This document shows, piece after piece, positions 20,153-30,122 of a DNA stretch of 64,000 bases. The DNA comes from Acidobacteriota bacterium (lineage in GTDB: Bacteria; Acidobacteriota; UBA6911; RPQK01; JADFOI01): the NCBI GenBank assembly GCA_963663035.1, contig OY760074.1:544001-608000 (forward strand). Direction: 5' to 3'. The position numbers and the translations under genes were made by a program. Within the stretch, counting starts at the first letter, position 1. Each line of letters opens with the position of its first letter. Below the pieces are notes generated by a model. It was given only the letters and a program-made list of their open reading frames with translations. It made no database searches and was not told the origin of the DNA.

Positions 20153-20204
20153 GGACCATGCTATTATTGGCGTCCACAAATCTTTAGCTTTGCCGATCAG
20201 GGTT
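20153..20204 (+). repeat. Degenerate direct duplicate of the radC 3' end (19909-19961)
   Basis: 46 of 53 aligned positions identical by manual alignment, with one gap. Confidence 0.85.
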
Positions 20205-20208
20205 CCTC

Positions 20209-21153
20209 ATGAGTGATCTGGAAAACGTCTCCTTTGGCATCGAGTGGCCTGAAGATCGTTCCTTTCAGTTAGTGGGGCTGGGTCTGAACGCGGTGGATTG
20301 GATTTGTGTGCTACCTCATTTTCCTCGTCACAACACCAAGGTACAGATCGATCAAATCTACAAGCGGGGGGGCGGGCAGGTCGCCACTGCTTCAGCCCTT
20401 TGTGCCCGCTATGGGTTAGAGGTCCGTTACGTCGGTCGGGTTGGAGATGATGAAATCGGCCAGTTTTCACTGGAGGATCTGCAAAAGGAAGCCATGGACC
20501 TTTCCTGTGTTCAGACCGTTGCGGGCACCTTCAGCCAGTTTGCCGTTATCCTGACAGATCGTCCCACCGGCGAGCGCACCATTCTTTGGGATCGGGACCC
20601 GGCGCTGCACTATAATAAAGGGGAACTCAAGCGCGAATGGATAGTGCAAGGCCAGCTTTTGCATCTGGATGGACACGATCAGCCCGCCTCTATTGAGGCC
20701 GCACGCTGGGCAAAAGAGGCCGGCATGAAAGTCTCGCTGGATATTGACAAGGTGCAGCCTGGAGTCGAAGAGTTGTTGGCACTCACAGATTTCCTGATTC
20801 CCGGTACCAGTTTCCTCCATGACTTTTCTGCCAGCAAGGACTGGAGCCAAGGTCTGCGAGTTCTTTCCGAAGCCACCTCAGGATTCGTGGCGGTCACTCT
20901 TGGAAAGGAAGGAGTGGCAGCGCTTTGGGAGGGTGAGATGACCGAAATTCCGGGAATCGCGGTCAACAGCGTGGATACCACCGGGGCCGGGGATGTCTTC
21001 CATGGAGCTTTTCTGTACGGACTCTTTCAGGGTTGGAGCGTCGGTTACTGTTTGCGCTTCGCCAACGCTGCCGGGGCGCTGTCCTGTACTCAATATGGTG
21101 CCCGAGGAGGAATTCCTCCCTTGCAGAAAATAGTTTCCATTTTGGACGGATAA
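20209..21153 (+). CDS. PfkB family carbohydrate kinase
   Basis: GGG..AT, GRVGDD..G, VTLGKEG, DTTGAGDVFHG. Confidence 0.95.
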   Translation: MSDLENVSFGIEWPEDRSFQLVGLGLNAVDWICVLPHFPRHNTKVQIDQIYKRGGGQVATASALCARYGLEVRYVGRVGDDEIGQFSLEDLQKEAMDLSCVQTVAGTFSQFAVILTDRPTGERTILWDRDPALHYNKGELKREWIVQGQLLHLDGHDQPASIEAARWAKEAGMKVSLDIDKVQPGVEELLALTDFLIPGTSFLHDFSASKDWSQGLRVLSEATSGFVAVTLGKEGVAALWEGEMTEIPGIAVNSVDTTGAGDVFHGAFLYGLFQGWSVGYCLRFANAAGALSCTQYGARGGIPPLQKIVSILDG

Positions 21154-21190
21154 AAAGAGCCTTTTTCTGAAAATTTGCATCAGAGGAAGT

Positions 21191-21937
21191 ATGAGAAAAC
21201 TACTATTCATTTTGCTACTGGTTAGTCCCGGATTGAACCTGAGAGCCGAGACCGATCTTGAGCCGGAGGAGATCATCAAGCGCTTTGCTGCCAAAGAGGC
21301 GGAATTCAGAGAGGTCTTCCAGAAATACACTTATACTCAGCGAATTCTATTTCAGGTCCTCAGCTCCTCTGGAGCGGTGAGGGAAGAGCAGCAGCTGTGG
21401 GTAGAGGTCTTCTTTACCAATGATGGCCAGAGAGAGACGCGAACCATAAGAGAGCGGGGCGAACTCAGATCCGTCAGGGTTAGCCCGGAAGATATAGATG
21501 ATGCCATCTATCGGCAGCCCTTTGTTCTCACCACGGATGAGCTTCCCAATTACAAGATCAAATATAAGGGCGAGGAACTCGTGGATGCGTTGGATACCTA
21601 TGTCTTCGATGTCGAGCCCCGCAAGATCGAAGAAGGGGAGCGCTATTTTGAGGGGCGCATCTGGGTGGATAATCTGGATTTTCAGATTGTGATGACAAAC
21701 GGCAAGGTCGTTCCTGATTATGAGGATAACAAGTTTCCCAAGTTCGAAACCATTCGTGAGCAGGTGGATGGTGATTACTGGTTTCCTACCTGGACTGAAG
21801 CGGACGATGTCCTGCAATTCGGGCGCTTTCCGAGAACTCGGGAAGTCCGAGTCCGAGAGCTCATAACCTACGAGGACTTCAGGAAGTTCGAGGTAGACAC
21901 TTCGATCCAATATGAACCGATCGAGGAACCCGAATAA
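21191..21937 (+). CDS. Secreted hypothetical protein (acidobacterial type, possibly LolA/MucB-like fold)
   Basis: Signal peptide; RYFEGRIWVD, YWFPT, YEDFRKF motifs; beta-rich. Fold is inference. Confidence 0.7.
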   Translation: MRKLLFILLLVSPGLNLRAETDLEPEEIIKRFAAKEAEFREVFQKYTYTQRILFQVLSSSGAVREEQQLWVEVFFTNDGQRETRTIRERGELRSVRVSPEDIDDAIYRQPFVLTTDELPNYKIKYKGEELVDALDTYVFDVEPRKIEEGERYFEGRIWVDNLDFQIVMTNGKVVPDYEDNKFPKFETIREQVDGDYWFPTWTEADDVLQFGRFPRTREVRVRELITYEDFRKFEVDTSIQYEPIEEPE

Positions 21938-21940
21938 GAG

Positions 21941-22708
21941 TCAATGGCTCAGAGCGTAGATAATGTAATTGACTCCGAATTTGTAGGCCTCATTGGAGAG
22001 ATTGATGGGCATCCAGTCCTGGTCCGACCACTCCCAGAAATCACCGATGTCATTGTTGAAATTGACGATGACCTGAAGACGCCCGGTCTCATCGGCTAGG
22101 CCGTAAAAGGTGGGTGTCGCCCATACTTGGTAGGGCGGTACCATGTCCAGGGTTTCGATTTGGTAAAAGCACTGAAAAATCGGGTGCTCTACCTCCAGCT
22201 TGACCAGATTGCGCTCCGGAATAACCTGCTTCATGCTGCGTTCGAAGTTAGCCCAATCCCGCGGACCGTCGAAATCGTCAAATATGGCAAAACCTCCTCT
22301 TGACAGGTATTCGCGGAAGTTCTGCGCCTCTTCAGGAGTGATGTTCCAGGTGCCTGGTTCGCTGAAATAAAGGAGCGGATAATCCATGATCTCAGGATCA
22401 TCCAGTTGAACAACGGCATAGGAGTCTGAAGTCGTCTCGATTGAAGTCACCTCAGCAATGATTTTCAGCAGGTTGCGCTCGGCCCGTGGATAATCGTGTC
22501 TCCAACCGGGGTTCCTGCCCCAGGCATCGTATGAGCTAAACTGGACGCGGGCAAACTTGAAGTAAAGGGAGTCCATCGGGTCGTAGGCTGGATCATCGTC
22601 CATGAGGGGAGCCAGTACTGTGGTGATGGAGGCAGTCAGAAGAACCAGGCCAATGATGACGGGAAGGACTGTTGTTTTTCGCATGATTCGAGTGAAAAAA
22701 ACTCGCAT
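21941..22708 (-). CDS. DUF4159 domain protein
   Basis: W.HDYP.A, YL.RGGF...DDF, HPIF, ND.GD.WE, GVNYIIYALSH. Confidence 0.88.
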   Translation of the reverse strand: MRVFFTRIMRKTTVLPVIIGLVLLTASITTVLAPLMDDDPAYDPMDSLYFKFARVQFSSYDAWGRNPGWRHDYPRAERNLLKIIAEVTSIETTSDSYAVVQLDDPEIMDYPLLYFSEPGTWNITPEEAQNFREYLSRGGFAIFDDFDGPRDWANFERSMKQVIPERNLVKLEVEHPIFQCFYQIETLDMVPPYQVWATPTFYGLADETGRLQVIVNFNNDIGDFWEWSDQDWMPINLSNEAYKFGVNYIIYALSH

Positions 22709-22815
22709 TTTCCCCATTGTACAGCACCCTATCTGACAACTCCACCAGGGGATCTAGCTATTACCTTCAAGGGCTAGGCGCGGAAAGTTCCTATCAATAT
22801 GTTACCCTGCTCACC

Positions 22816-23598
22816 ATGATTGAAGAAGCTGACCGCACACTGGCTGTTTTCCTGGACTTTGAAAATCTTGCTCTGGGATTTGAAAAGTCAGCCCTCAAAA
22901 AGCAGTTTGACATCCAAAAGATCTTGGAGCGACTGGTGGAGAAGGGAAAGGTTCTGGTGAAGAAGGCCTACGCGGACTGGGGCCGTTTTTCAGCCTATAA
23001 ACAGCAACTTCACGAAGCGGCTTTCGAGTTGGTTGATATACCGAAACGAAGTCAAATTGGGAAAAATTCTGCTGACATCCGACTTTGCGTCGATGCCATG
23101 GACCTGTGCTACAGCAAGGAACATATCCAGACTTTCGTGATCGTCTCTGGTGACAGTGACTTTTCTCCTCTGGTTTCCAAACTCAGGGAGAACGGAAAAT
23201 CCGTCCTCGGTTTGTCTACTCAGGGCTCGGCTTCAGCCTTGCTGGTTGAGAATTGCGATGAGTTCATTTTCTACGAAGAACTCGAACAAATGGCAACGAG
23301 TCCGCCGAGGCTCACCCAAAAGATTCCCAAGGAGAAGCGTCCTGCCTTTCAGTTGTTGATCGAATCCGTTATTGCGCTGAGGCGAGAGAACAAGGACATT
23401 CTCTATTCCTCGATGTTGAAGCAGACGATGAAGCGTAAACAGCCGGCATTCAATGAGGGTCGTTATGGCTATCGGGCTTTCAGTGAGCTGCTGGAGGACG
23501 CTAAGAAGTACGGTCTAGTGCTTCTGCGTGAGGATTCCCGCAGCGGCACCTATGTTGTCAGTGGATTCGGAAAAACTGAGATCGATTCCAAATCCTAA
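22816..23598 (+). CDS. NYN (LabA/DUF88) domain protein with a C-terminal OST-HTH/LOTUS domain
   Basis: AVFLDFEN, KNSADIRLCVDAM, SGDSDFSPL, FNEGRYGYRAFSELL. Confidence 0.92.
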   Translation: MIEEADRTLAVFLDFENLALGFEKSALKKQFDIQKILERLVEKGKVLVKKAYADWGRFSAYKQQLHEAAFELVDIPKRSQIGKNSADIRLCVDAMDLCYSKEHIQTFVIVSGDSDFSPLVSKLRENGKSVLGLSTQGSASALLVENCDEFIFYEELEQMATSPPRLTQKIPKEKRPAFQLLIESVIALRRENKDILYSSMLKQTMKRKQPAFNEGRYGYRAFSELLEDAKKYGLVLLREDSRSGTYVVSGFGKTEIDSKS

Positions 23599-23599
23599 C

Positions 23600-25192
23600 T
23601 CAGTGGACTCTTTTGGCCTGGCCGCTCCAATAGGGTTCCCGGAGCTTGCGTTTGAGGATTTTCCCGGTTCCTCCCTTGGGCAGTGAATCGAAGAAGTCGA
23701 CGCTTTGAGGAAGCTTGAACCCTGCCAAGTGCTCTCGGCAGTGCGCGATGAGCTCCTGCTCTGTGACCTGCTGATCCGGCTTCAGCACAACCAAGGCCTT
23801 AGGGGTTTCACCCAGGGTGTGATGAGGAACGGATATCACAGCACATTCCAAAAGGGCCGGATGGGCCAGTAAAGCTTTTTCTACTTCGAGGCTGGAAATG
23901 TTCTCTCCTCCGCTAATGATAATATCCTTCTTCCGATCCTGGATGAGAACATAACCTTCTGCTGAGACGGTTGCCAAGTCCCCGGTGTGAAACCATTGAC
24001 CCCGTAAGGCTTTCTCAGTCTCGTTGGGGCGTTTCCAATAGCCATCCATGACCGTGTCCCCGCGTACTACGATCTCACCGATTGAGGCACCATCCCAGGG
24101 CAGCTCTCGGCCTTCTTCGTCCAGGATCTTCAACTCCACCCCTGGGATGGGGTAACCGGTCATGGCTTGCAGCTTGAAGCGGCTCTGCTCATCCGTCTGG
24201 AGGTAGGTTTTGGGGGAGGACACCGTGAGGATCGGTGAGGTCTCGGTCAGGCCGTAGCCGGCCAGACATTCACACTGAAAGATTTCCTCCACCTGTCGGA
24301 CTAAATCTGCAGTTGCCGCCGATCCACCCAGCATAATTTTTCGGATGGAAGACACGTCATATTCTTGACGGTCCGTATAGTTAAGGAGCGCGATCGCCAT
24401 GGTGGGCACTAGCGAAAAGCGTGTGACCCGGTGAAGCTGGATTTGCTCGAAAACCTCCTGGGGCTCGAACTTTTTCAGCATTATGTGTCGGCCCCCGACG
24501 CAGGTCACATACTGAGGAGTACCCCAACCATTAACGTGAAACAGGGGAATGGTGTGCAGCTGTACGTCGCTTTCTTTGATACCTACCGCGATTGCCGCCT
24601 CTAAAGCATGTAAGTAGAGGTTACGATGAGTGAGCATTACACCCTTGGCTCGATCGGTGGTGCCTGAGGTGTAGAAAAGCTCAGCCACAGCATCTTCGTC
24701 GACTTGGAGAATGTCAAATTCCAGTTCATCCGATTGTTGTTCAAGAAGTTGATCGTAGCTGCAGGCTTCGGCCCAATCGGGGTGACCATCCGACTCCAGC
24801 GAGACGAATTTTCTCACCGTCTTCAACTGAGGCCTTATCTCTTCCACAATGGGTAGAAAGTCGGGATGGAAAAAGAGGTATTGAGCCTCACAATCATTGA
24901 GGATGTAGCGAAAATCCTCAGCAGACAGACGAATGTTCAAAGGTAAGAAAATGCCCTGAGCCAGAATCACACCGTAATAGGCTTCAAGAAGATGATGTGT
25001 GTTGTAGGACAGGAGAGCTACTCGGGAGAAAGGCTCGACACTCCAGGAGAGGAGGAGATTTGCCAACCTGTGGCACCGCTGGATGTACCGTTCATAGGTC
25101 CAGGAGTGCTCGCCATCCACCACGCCCACCTTTTTCCCAAACTGGTCTCGTGCTCGGTAGAGGAACCGGATAGGCGTTAAAGGGATCTTCAT
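23600..25192 (-). CDS. Long-chain fatty acid-CoA ligase (AMP-binding)
   Basis: YTSGTTDRAKG, YGLTET, FHTGDL, DRKKDIIISGGEN, GKILK. Confidence 0.93.
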   Translation of the reverse strand: MKIPLTPIRFLYRARDQFGKKVGVVDGEHSWTYERYIQRCHRLANLLLSWSVEPFSRVALLSYNTHHLLEAYYGVILAQGIFLPLNIRLSAEDFRYILNDCEAQYLFFHPDFLPIVEEIRPQLKTVRKFVSLESDGHPDWAEACSYDQLLEQQSDELEFDILQVDEDAVAELFYTSGTTDRAKGVMLTHRNLYLHALEAAIAVGIKESDVQLHTIPLFHVNGWGTPQYVTCVGGRHIMLKKFEPQEVFEQIQLHRVTRFSLVPTMAIALLNYTDRQEYDVSSIRKIMLGGSAATADLVRQVEEIFQCECLAGYGLTETSPILTVSSPKTYLQTDEQSRFKLQAMTGYPIPGVELKILDEEGRELPWDGASIGEIVVRGDTVMDGYWKRPNETEKALRGQWFHTGDLATVSAEGYVLIQDRKKDIIISGGENISSLEVEKALLAHPALLECAVISVPHHTLGETPKALVVLKPDQQVTEQELIAHCREHLAGFKLPQSVDFFDSLPKGGTGKILKRKLREPYWSGQAKRVH

Positions 25193-25842
25193 GTTGAAAT
25201 GATGAAGACTTGGCTGGCCAGCTCCTCACTCAACGTGTGTTCGCTCTTATTGACCTCGATGTGGATGGGACCATTAAAAGGACCTTTCTTGAGCACGATG
25301 AGTTCCACGTCAGGGAAAATTCCCATCTCAGCCAGATAGCGCAACGCCTCGGGGTCTTGATCGCTGACCCGGCATACTTTGACCTCTTCACCTCCAGACG
25401 CGTCCCACAGAGAGCGGGAAGGGTGTTCTTCAATCTCCCCATCTTTCGACGGAATGGGATGTCCGTGTGGATCGATGGTTGGATGGCCAAGAGCCCTATC
25501 GATCTTCTCCTCGAATTCTTCGGAAATGACATGTTCCAGCTGTTCCGCCTCTGCATGAACTTTGTCCCAGCTGTAACCGAGCACTTCCGCAAGGTAGAGT
25601 TCGATCAAGCGGTGGTGGCGTAGGATCTCCAAGGCGATGTTTTGACCTGCCGCAGTTAGAACAGCTCCCTGGTAGGGTTCGTATTCGACCAGCTTCAGTT
25701 CAGAAAGTCTTTGCAGCATGTTGGTCACACTGGCGGCTGAGCAGTTCAGTCCCTGGGCCAAACGAGAAGTCGAGACCTTTTCGCCATCGGCGCTGAACTG
25801 ATAAATCGTCTTGAGATAATCTTCTGTTGCCCGACTGATCAT
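25189..25842 (-). CDS. DtxR/MntR metal-dependent regulator with a FeoA domain
   Basis: EDYLKTIY, RHHRLIELYL, EAEQLEH, DPHGHPIP. Confidence 0.95.
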   Translation of the reverse strand: MISRATEDYLKTIYQFSADGEKVSTSRLAQGLNCSAASVTNMLQRLSELKLVEYEPYQGAVLTAAGQNIALEILRHHRLIELYLAEVLGYSWDKVHAEAEQLEHVISEEFEEKIDRALGHPTIDPHGHPIPSKDGEIEEHPSRSLWDASGGEEVKVCRVSDQDPEALRYLAEMGIFPDVELIVLKKGPFNGPIHIEVNKSEHTLSEELASQVFIIST

Positions 25843-25881
25843 GTCAGTGTTAGTTTCTCACAAGCGCCTTCAGTATTGTAC

Positions 25882-26565
25882 TTAGCCTCTCCATAAAGGC
25901 CTTTCGAACCGATGACTGTGAAGAAATTCATGAATCTGGCTGTGTGTCGCAGGAGTAATCAGTCCTTTCTCTAAGTAAAAAGCTATGACATCAAACAGTT
26001 TGAAGATGGAATAGACTTGATATCCCTCCTCTTCTAAGAGTTCAGATCCTCCTTGCTGGCGATCAAAAAACACGATAATCCGCTGGACTGAGATTCCTTC
26101 CCTCTTCAGCTTCTCAATCGACTTCCACTTACTGAGGCCCGACGCCATGACATCGTCGATGAGAGTGTATTCACAATTTTCGCAATCCTTTTTGCCTAGA
26201 ACATAGGACGGTGGCACCGAGTTGTATGCTTTCGCTTTCTTACGTAAAAGCAGATAGTGTAGAGGCTGACCTCTTTCTGTCTGTGTGGAATTCAGGACAG
26301 TGGAGACAGCCAAAGGTGTGGCAGTGTCTGGGACCCCGATGACAACTTGCTGGGACTGGTGATTTTCAGCCAGCGAGCGGATCTTCCCAGCAAACTCACT
26401 TCCAATTCGCCACATGAGATCCGCGCGCTCATAGAGCTTCTCTCTTAAGTCCAGGTAAATTGGAGAATTGAGACCATACTTCTTCCGAATAGTTTCCCCA
26501 AAAAGGACAATCCCGGCCCGCTCGAATTCGATTAACAATAACTTCTGTTCCTGGGTGAGATCCAT
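25882..26565 (-). CDS. Orotate phosphoribosyltransferase-like type I PRTase
   Basis: SPIYLDLR, LRKKAKAY loop, PRPP motif LIDDVMASGLS, DRQQGG. Start uncertain. Confidence 0.7.
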   Translation of the reverse strand: MDLTQEQKLLLIEFERAGIVLFGETIRKKYGLNSPIYLDLREKLYERADLMWRIGSEFAGKIRSLAENHQSQQVVIGVPDTATPLAVSTVLNSTQTERGQPLHYLLLRKKAKAYNSVPPSYVLGKKDCENCEYTLIDDVMASGLSKWKSIEKLKREGISVQRIIVFFDRQQGGSELLEEEGYQVYSIFKLFDVIAFYLEKGLITPATHSQIHEFLHSHRFERPLWRG

Positions 26566-26629
26566 TTCTTCCCGAGAATAATACTGTAAAAGGGAATCCT
26601 TTTCTGCTAGAATAGCAGGTTTCCAAATC

Positions 26630-27049
26630 ATGCGAAACAACCCAAGGGAGAGGTTACTCGACTTACATCGCAAGCATGTGAGGGCCTGGGAACAGAAAAG
26701 TCTCGATCACCTGCGAGACTTGTACTACGGCGATGCCGTGGTTTTCAACATTGTCCCGCCGGCTCGTTTTCCCGACTTTAAAACCTTCGAAAATACACTG
26801 CAGCAATATTTTGCTCAAATGAAAGATCTGTCTATGCTGACTTCGAACATTCAGATCGAAGTCAATGGTGAGGTTGCCTGGATTACGTCACAGTATCTGA
26901 TGGCCTACCACCGAAATGGCCGGCTAGTTCGACAAAATGGGCGCTGGACGGAGATCTACTGTCAGGATGAGGTCGACTGGAAGCTCACCCATCTCCACTC
27001 TTCTCCCGATCCCCTGGGACAATACGCTCGAAAAAAGGCTGGGACCTAA
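26630..27049 (+). CDS. SnoaL/NTF2-like (DUF4440) protein
   Basis: GEVAW, GRWTEIY...WKLTHLHSS pattern. Confidence 0.8.
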   Translation: MRNNPRERLLDLHRKHVRAWEQKSLDHLRDLYYGDAVVFNIVPPARFPDFKTFENTLQQYFAQMKDLSMLTSNIQIEVNGEVAWITSQYLMAYHRNGRLVRQNGRWTEIYCQDEVDWKLTHLHSSPDPLGQYARKKAGT

Positions 27050-27665
27050 GTACTCGCTTTAACTTCATGAGAGTGACCCAGAGCATCAGGTAGAAGAACC
27101 TGGGGAAAAAGAGTAAGACCCGTATTGCTTTTGGCAGAAGGATGCTAACTGCTCCTATGTCCGGGCCGTTGATCAGGAAACGGTGGATGTTTCGCCAACT
27201 GAGATGGAACCTGTCCAGGTTTTCGTCGAAGACGAGCCGATGCCGGACGGGGAGCAGGTAAAAAAAGAGTCTTTGCTTCCGAAAGATAGGACGTCTCGAA
27301 AAAACTGCTGCTAACACGTCGGGGTCCACTTTTACGACCTGCCTTATCAGCTGGAGGTTGGAGCGGAGATGCTGCTTCGAATAAGTCAGAATCCGGTAGA
27401 TATGGGCGTTTGTTTCGAACTCGTTTCGGTCAAATTCTCGGCAGAGAAGAACAATTTCACATTGTGGATAGAGCTCTTCCCACAATTTCTCGATGGCCGG
27501 GGAGAGGTAGGAGGCCGCCTCCGTTTGAACCAAGAGAATTCGGGCTGCAGCCCTGGGAGCGGAGAGCCCGCGAAGCTCCCGTTGCGGATCGGCCTTGGGC
27601 ACAAGTGAAGGAGGATCGCCTTCCAGGGGAAGCACTCTTTTCGGCATCTTCATTGGATGAGACAC
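26985..27665 (-). CDS. Hypothetical protein co-transcribed with the glycosyltransferase (Rossmann-like, reminiscent of a GT9 N-terminus)
   Basis: RILLVQ...YPQCEIVLLCR pattern; start abuts the GT stop. Confidence 0.55.
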   Translation of the reverse strand: MSHPMKMPKRVLPLEGDPPSLVPKADPQRELRGLSAPRAAARILLVQTEAASYLSPAIEKLWEELYPQCEIVLLCREFDRNEFETNAHIYRILTYSKQHLRSNLQLIRQVVKVDPDVLAAVFSRRPIFRKQRLFFYLLPVRHRLVFDENLDRFHLSWRNIHRFLINGPDIGAVSILLPKAIRVLLFFPRFFYLMLWVTLMKLKRVLRSQPFFERIVPGDREKSGDG

Positions 27666-29986
27666 TAATTCCTCGCTTCGTCCTGAGGGTAGTAGGTAGC
27701 TGCCAGGGATTCATACTCTTCGATCATCTGGTCTCCCAGAGTGCTCCAGTCATAGAACTGGACAGCTGTCTGGCGCCCGCTTCGCCCTAACCGCTTGCAG
27801 AATGCAGGATTACGTAACAAGGCGAGAGTCCAAAGTGCGAAGTCATGCGGTTCGTCTGCAATCAAAATATTTTCACCGTGGCAAGTCCGGATACCCGAAC
27901 AGGCCAGTGAAGTGGCAACAATTGCCTTGTCGGCTGCCCATGCTTCTAGGATCTTTCCCCGAATCCCCACTCCGGTCCGCACCGGCACGACCACGATTTG
28001 ACCTTTTTGATAGTAGCCTCGAATATCTTCTACATAACCCGTGACCGTGACCTGGCTGTGGGTGCCCAGCTCCTGAACCGATTGGGGAGGTGAGGAGCCC
28101 ACGATATAGAGATGAGCCTGAGGGTGTTCCCTTAGAATCAGCGGGAAGATTTGCTCACAAAAGTAGAGCATTGCATCCACATTGGGGTCGTGGCGAAAAG
28201 CTCCCACAAAGACCAAGGCATTCTTATCGGGTGGGCGAAAACCGTTGCAGCTAAAATATTCATTGTCTACACCAGTATTGACAACAGACAGTTTCTTCTC
28301 TTCGATATACCCTCGCAGATAGTCGTGGTCCTTGTCGGTGACGCAGACGACTTTCTCCACCTTCCGGCACAACTCAAGCTCACGATAAAGAATCTGCCAG
28401 GCGTTATAGAGCTTCTTGAGTTTCAGGAGGAGATTCGACTCCAGCTTCACCAGGATGTTATGAGCCGCGTAACTGACCTCAATTTCAGTTAACAGCTTGG
28501 GAAGATGGGAAGCCAGTCCTGCGTATTGAGCCATCTGGACCCACTCAAAATGCACGACATCAAAGTCCTCCTCGGTCAAGATCTCCTCCAGTTTTTTCCT
28601 GAACTCTGCGGATTGGAATTCCTCAAAGGGTTCGTAAGGGAAAAAGGAAACGGGGGAAAATTCTCTGCGGTAGAGGAGTTCAACTCGTTTGCAGGAAAGT
28701 TGGAGTTGAGATCGTTGTGCTGCCTCTTCTTCAGTTTCTACGAAGCTGATCACACTGACTTCATGTTTCTTCGATACACACTGGAGAAGTTGAAAGACGC
28801 GTCCTGCCCCCCCATGAGTCCCGAAATGGGGGAGATAGGCACTGACGATGAGGATTCGCATGGGAAACTGAGAACTTCTTCGCCGATGAGGGTGGAAATG
28901 ATTCAGATAGGTTAGGGGGTGTCGAACCCACTCAAAGAGAGTCTTCCCGGACACCACCCGGCGCGGTTCTCCCAGCCTCGACAGCAGAGCTGAGGGTAAT
29001 TTTCTCAGCGAGCGAAGATAAGTCCAGATAGAGAAGCACTTGGTGAGGTGAAGTGGGAGAAACAGAAGATGAGGGATCAGTGTGCGCAGCTGGTAATTCT
29101 TCCAGATGTACCAAAACTTTCTCTCCTCTATGAGTTCCTGAAGTTCGGGTTTCGCGAAGCGAACCGTGCTGGTGCTCCTATGTTTGTGGAGCACTTTGCT
29201 ATGTGCCGCCAACAACACCTTCCAGCCGCGGCGCCAGGCACGGTAGCTCAGATCGGTGTCTTCCACATAACAGGGTGAGAAGAGAGAGGAGAAGCCTCCC
29301 AGTTGTAAGAATCCCTGGCGATGAAAGGCGGAGGATCCTCCGCCAGCCCACAGAATGGGTAGATACTTGCGTGTGTCATGGAAGGATTGGATCGGCTCGT
29401 GAGAAAGGTGCAGAAAACCCCATTTGAAATGAGCCTGGGTATTTCCTGTCTCTTCAGGGCGTTTACCTTCCGGAAAGAGAACTTGGCTGGAAACTGCAAA
29501 GACCTGCGGATCTGAGAAAGCTTCTAGAAGTGGTGGCAAGAAATCCTCAGCCACAATCATGTCATTATTGAGAAGCACGACAATGTCATAACTGGCAGCT
29601 TCGACACCCCGATTATTTCCCGCGCCAAAGCCGAGATTCTCATTTAAAGTGATGATTCGAACACTCGGATGGTTCAGCTGAAGCCAAGAGACACTGTCGT
29701 CGTGGCTCCCATTGTCCACCACAATGATTTCGTGACCCCTGCCTGTGAAACGAATGGCTTTTTCCAGCGCCGGCAGGCTCTCTTCCAGCAGGTGGCGGCC
29801 ATTCCAGTTCAGGACCACAATGGAAGAGAGTTCTCTGGACGCCCTCTGAGAACCAACCTCCTGACTGGCAGGGGAGTGGAATGACAACTGCAGAGAACGA
29901 ACACAGTCTAAAAGAATAAAGAGCCCAAGCAAGAGGAGCTGAAGTGGAAAAAACAAGACCCAGAGCGTAATTCGTATGAACATCAA
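27665..29986 (-). CDS. GT2-GT4 fusion glycosyltransferase
   Basis: GT2 (VVLNWNG, VDNGSHD, LNND, EDTD) then GT4 (MRILIVS, FVGAF.H.PN.DA, KILEAWA). Confidence 0.92.
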   Translation of the reverse strand: MMFIRITLWVLFFPLQLLLLGLFILLDCVRSLQLSFHSPASQEVGSQRASRELSSIVVLNWNGRHLLEESLPALEKAIRFTGRGHEIIVVDNGSHDDSVSWLQLNHPSVRIITLNENLGFGAGNNRGVEAASYDIVVLLNNDMIVAEDFLPPLLEAFSDPQVFAVSSQVLFPEGKRPEETGNTQAHFKWGFLHLSHEPIQSFHDTRKYLPILWAGGGSSAFHRQGFLQLGGFSSLFSPCYVEDTDLSYRAWRRGWKVLLAAHSKVLHKHRSTSTVRFAKPELQELIEERKFWYIWKNYQLRTLIPHLLFLPLHLTKCFSIWTYLRSLRKLPSALLSRLGEPRRVVSGKTLFEWVRHPLTYLNHFHPHRRRSSQFPMRILIVSAYLPHFGTHGGAGRVFQLLQCVSKKHEVSVISFVETEEEAAQRSQLQLSCKRVELLYRREFSPVSFFPYEPFEEFQSAEFRKKLEEILTEEDFDVVHFEWVQMAQYAGLASHLPKLLTEIEVSYAAHNILVKLESNLLLKLKKLYNAWQILYRELELCRKVEKVVCVTDKDHDYLRGYIEEKKLSVVNTGVDNEYFSCNGFRPPDKNALVFVGAFRHDPNVDAMLYFCEQIFPLILREHPQAHLYIVGSSPPQSVQELGTHSQVTVTGYVEDIRGYYQKGQIVVVPVRTGVGIRGKILEAWAADKAIVATSLACSGIRTCHGENILIADEPHDFALWTLALLRNPAFCKRLGRSGRQTAVQFYDWSTLGDQMIEEYESLAATYYPQDEARN

Positions 29987-30122
29987 ACCAGCCCGATGGG
30001 AAAAATCATCAAATCAAGCTCTTTTCTGTCCCTGCCATGCTATGGCTGTGTGCAACGGAATGGCCTGATCCGCCTCTTGAAAGCATACACTGAGGTTAAG
30101 CCTTTCAGGCTATAATTATAAG

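Noticed and set aside
22816-23598. NYN-LOTUS protein as a toxin or defence system
   Set aside because: Widespread stand-alone family; no antitoxin or defence context nearby
26985-27049. 65-bp convergent gene overlap
   Set aside because: Ordinary tail overlap with no additional signal
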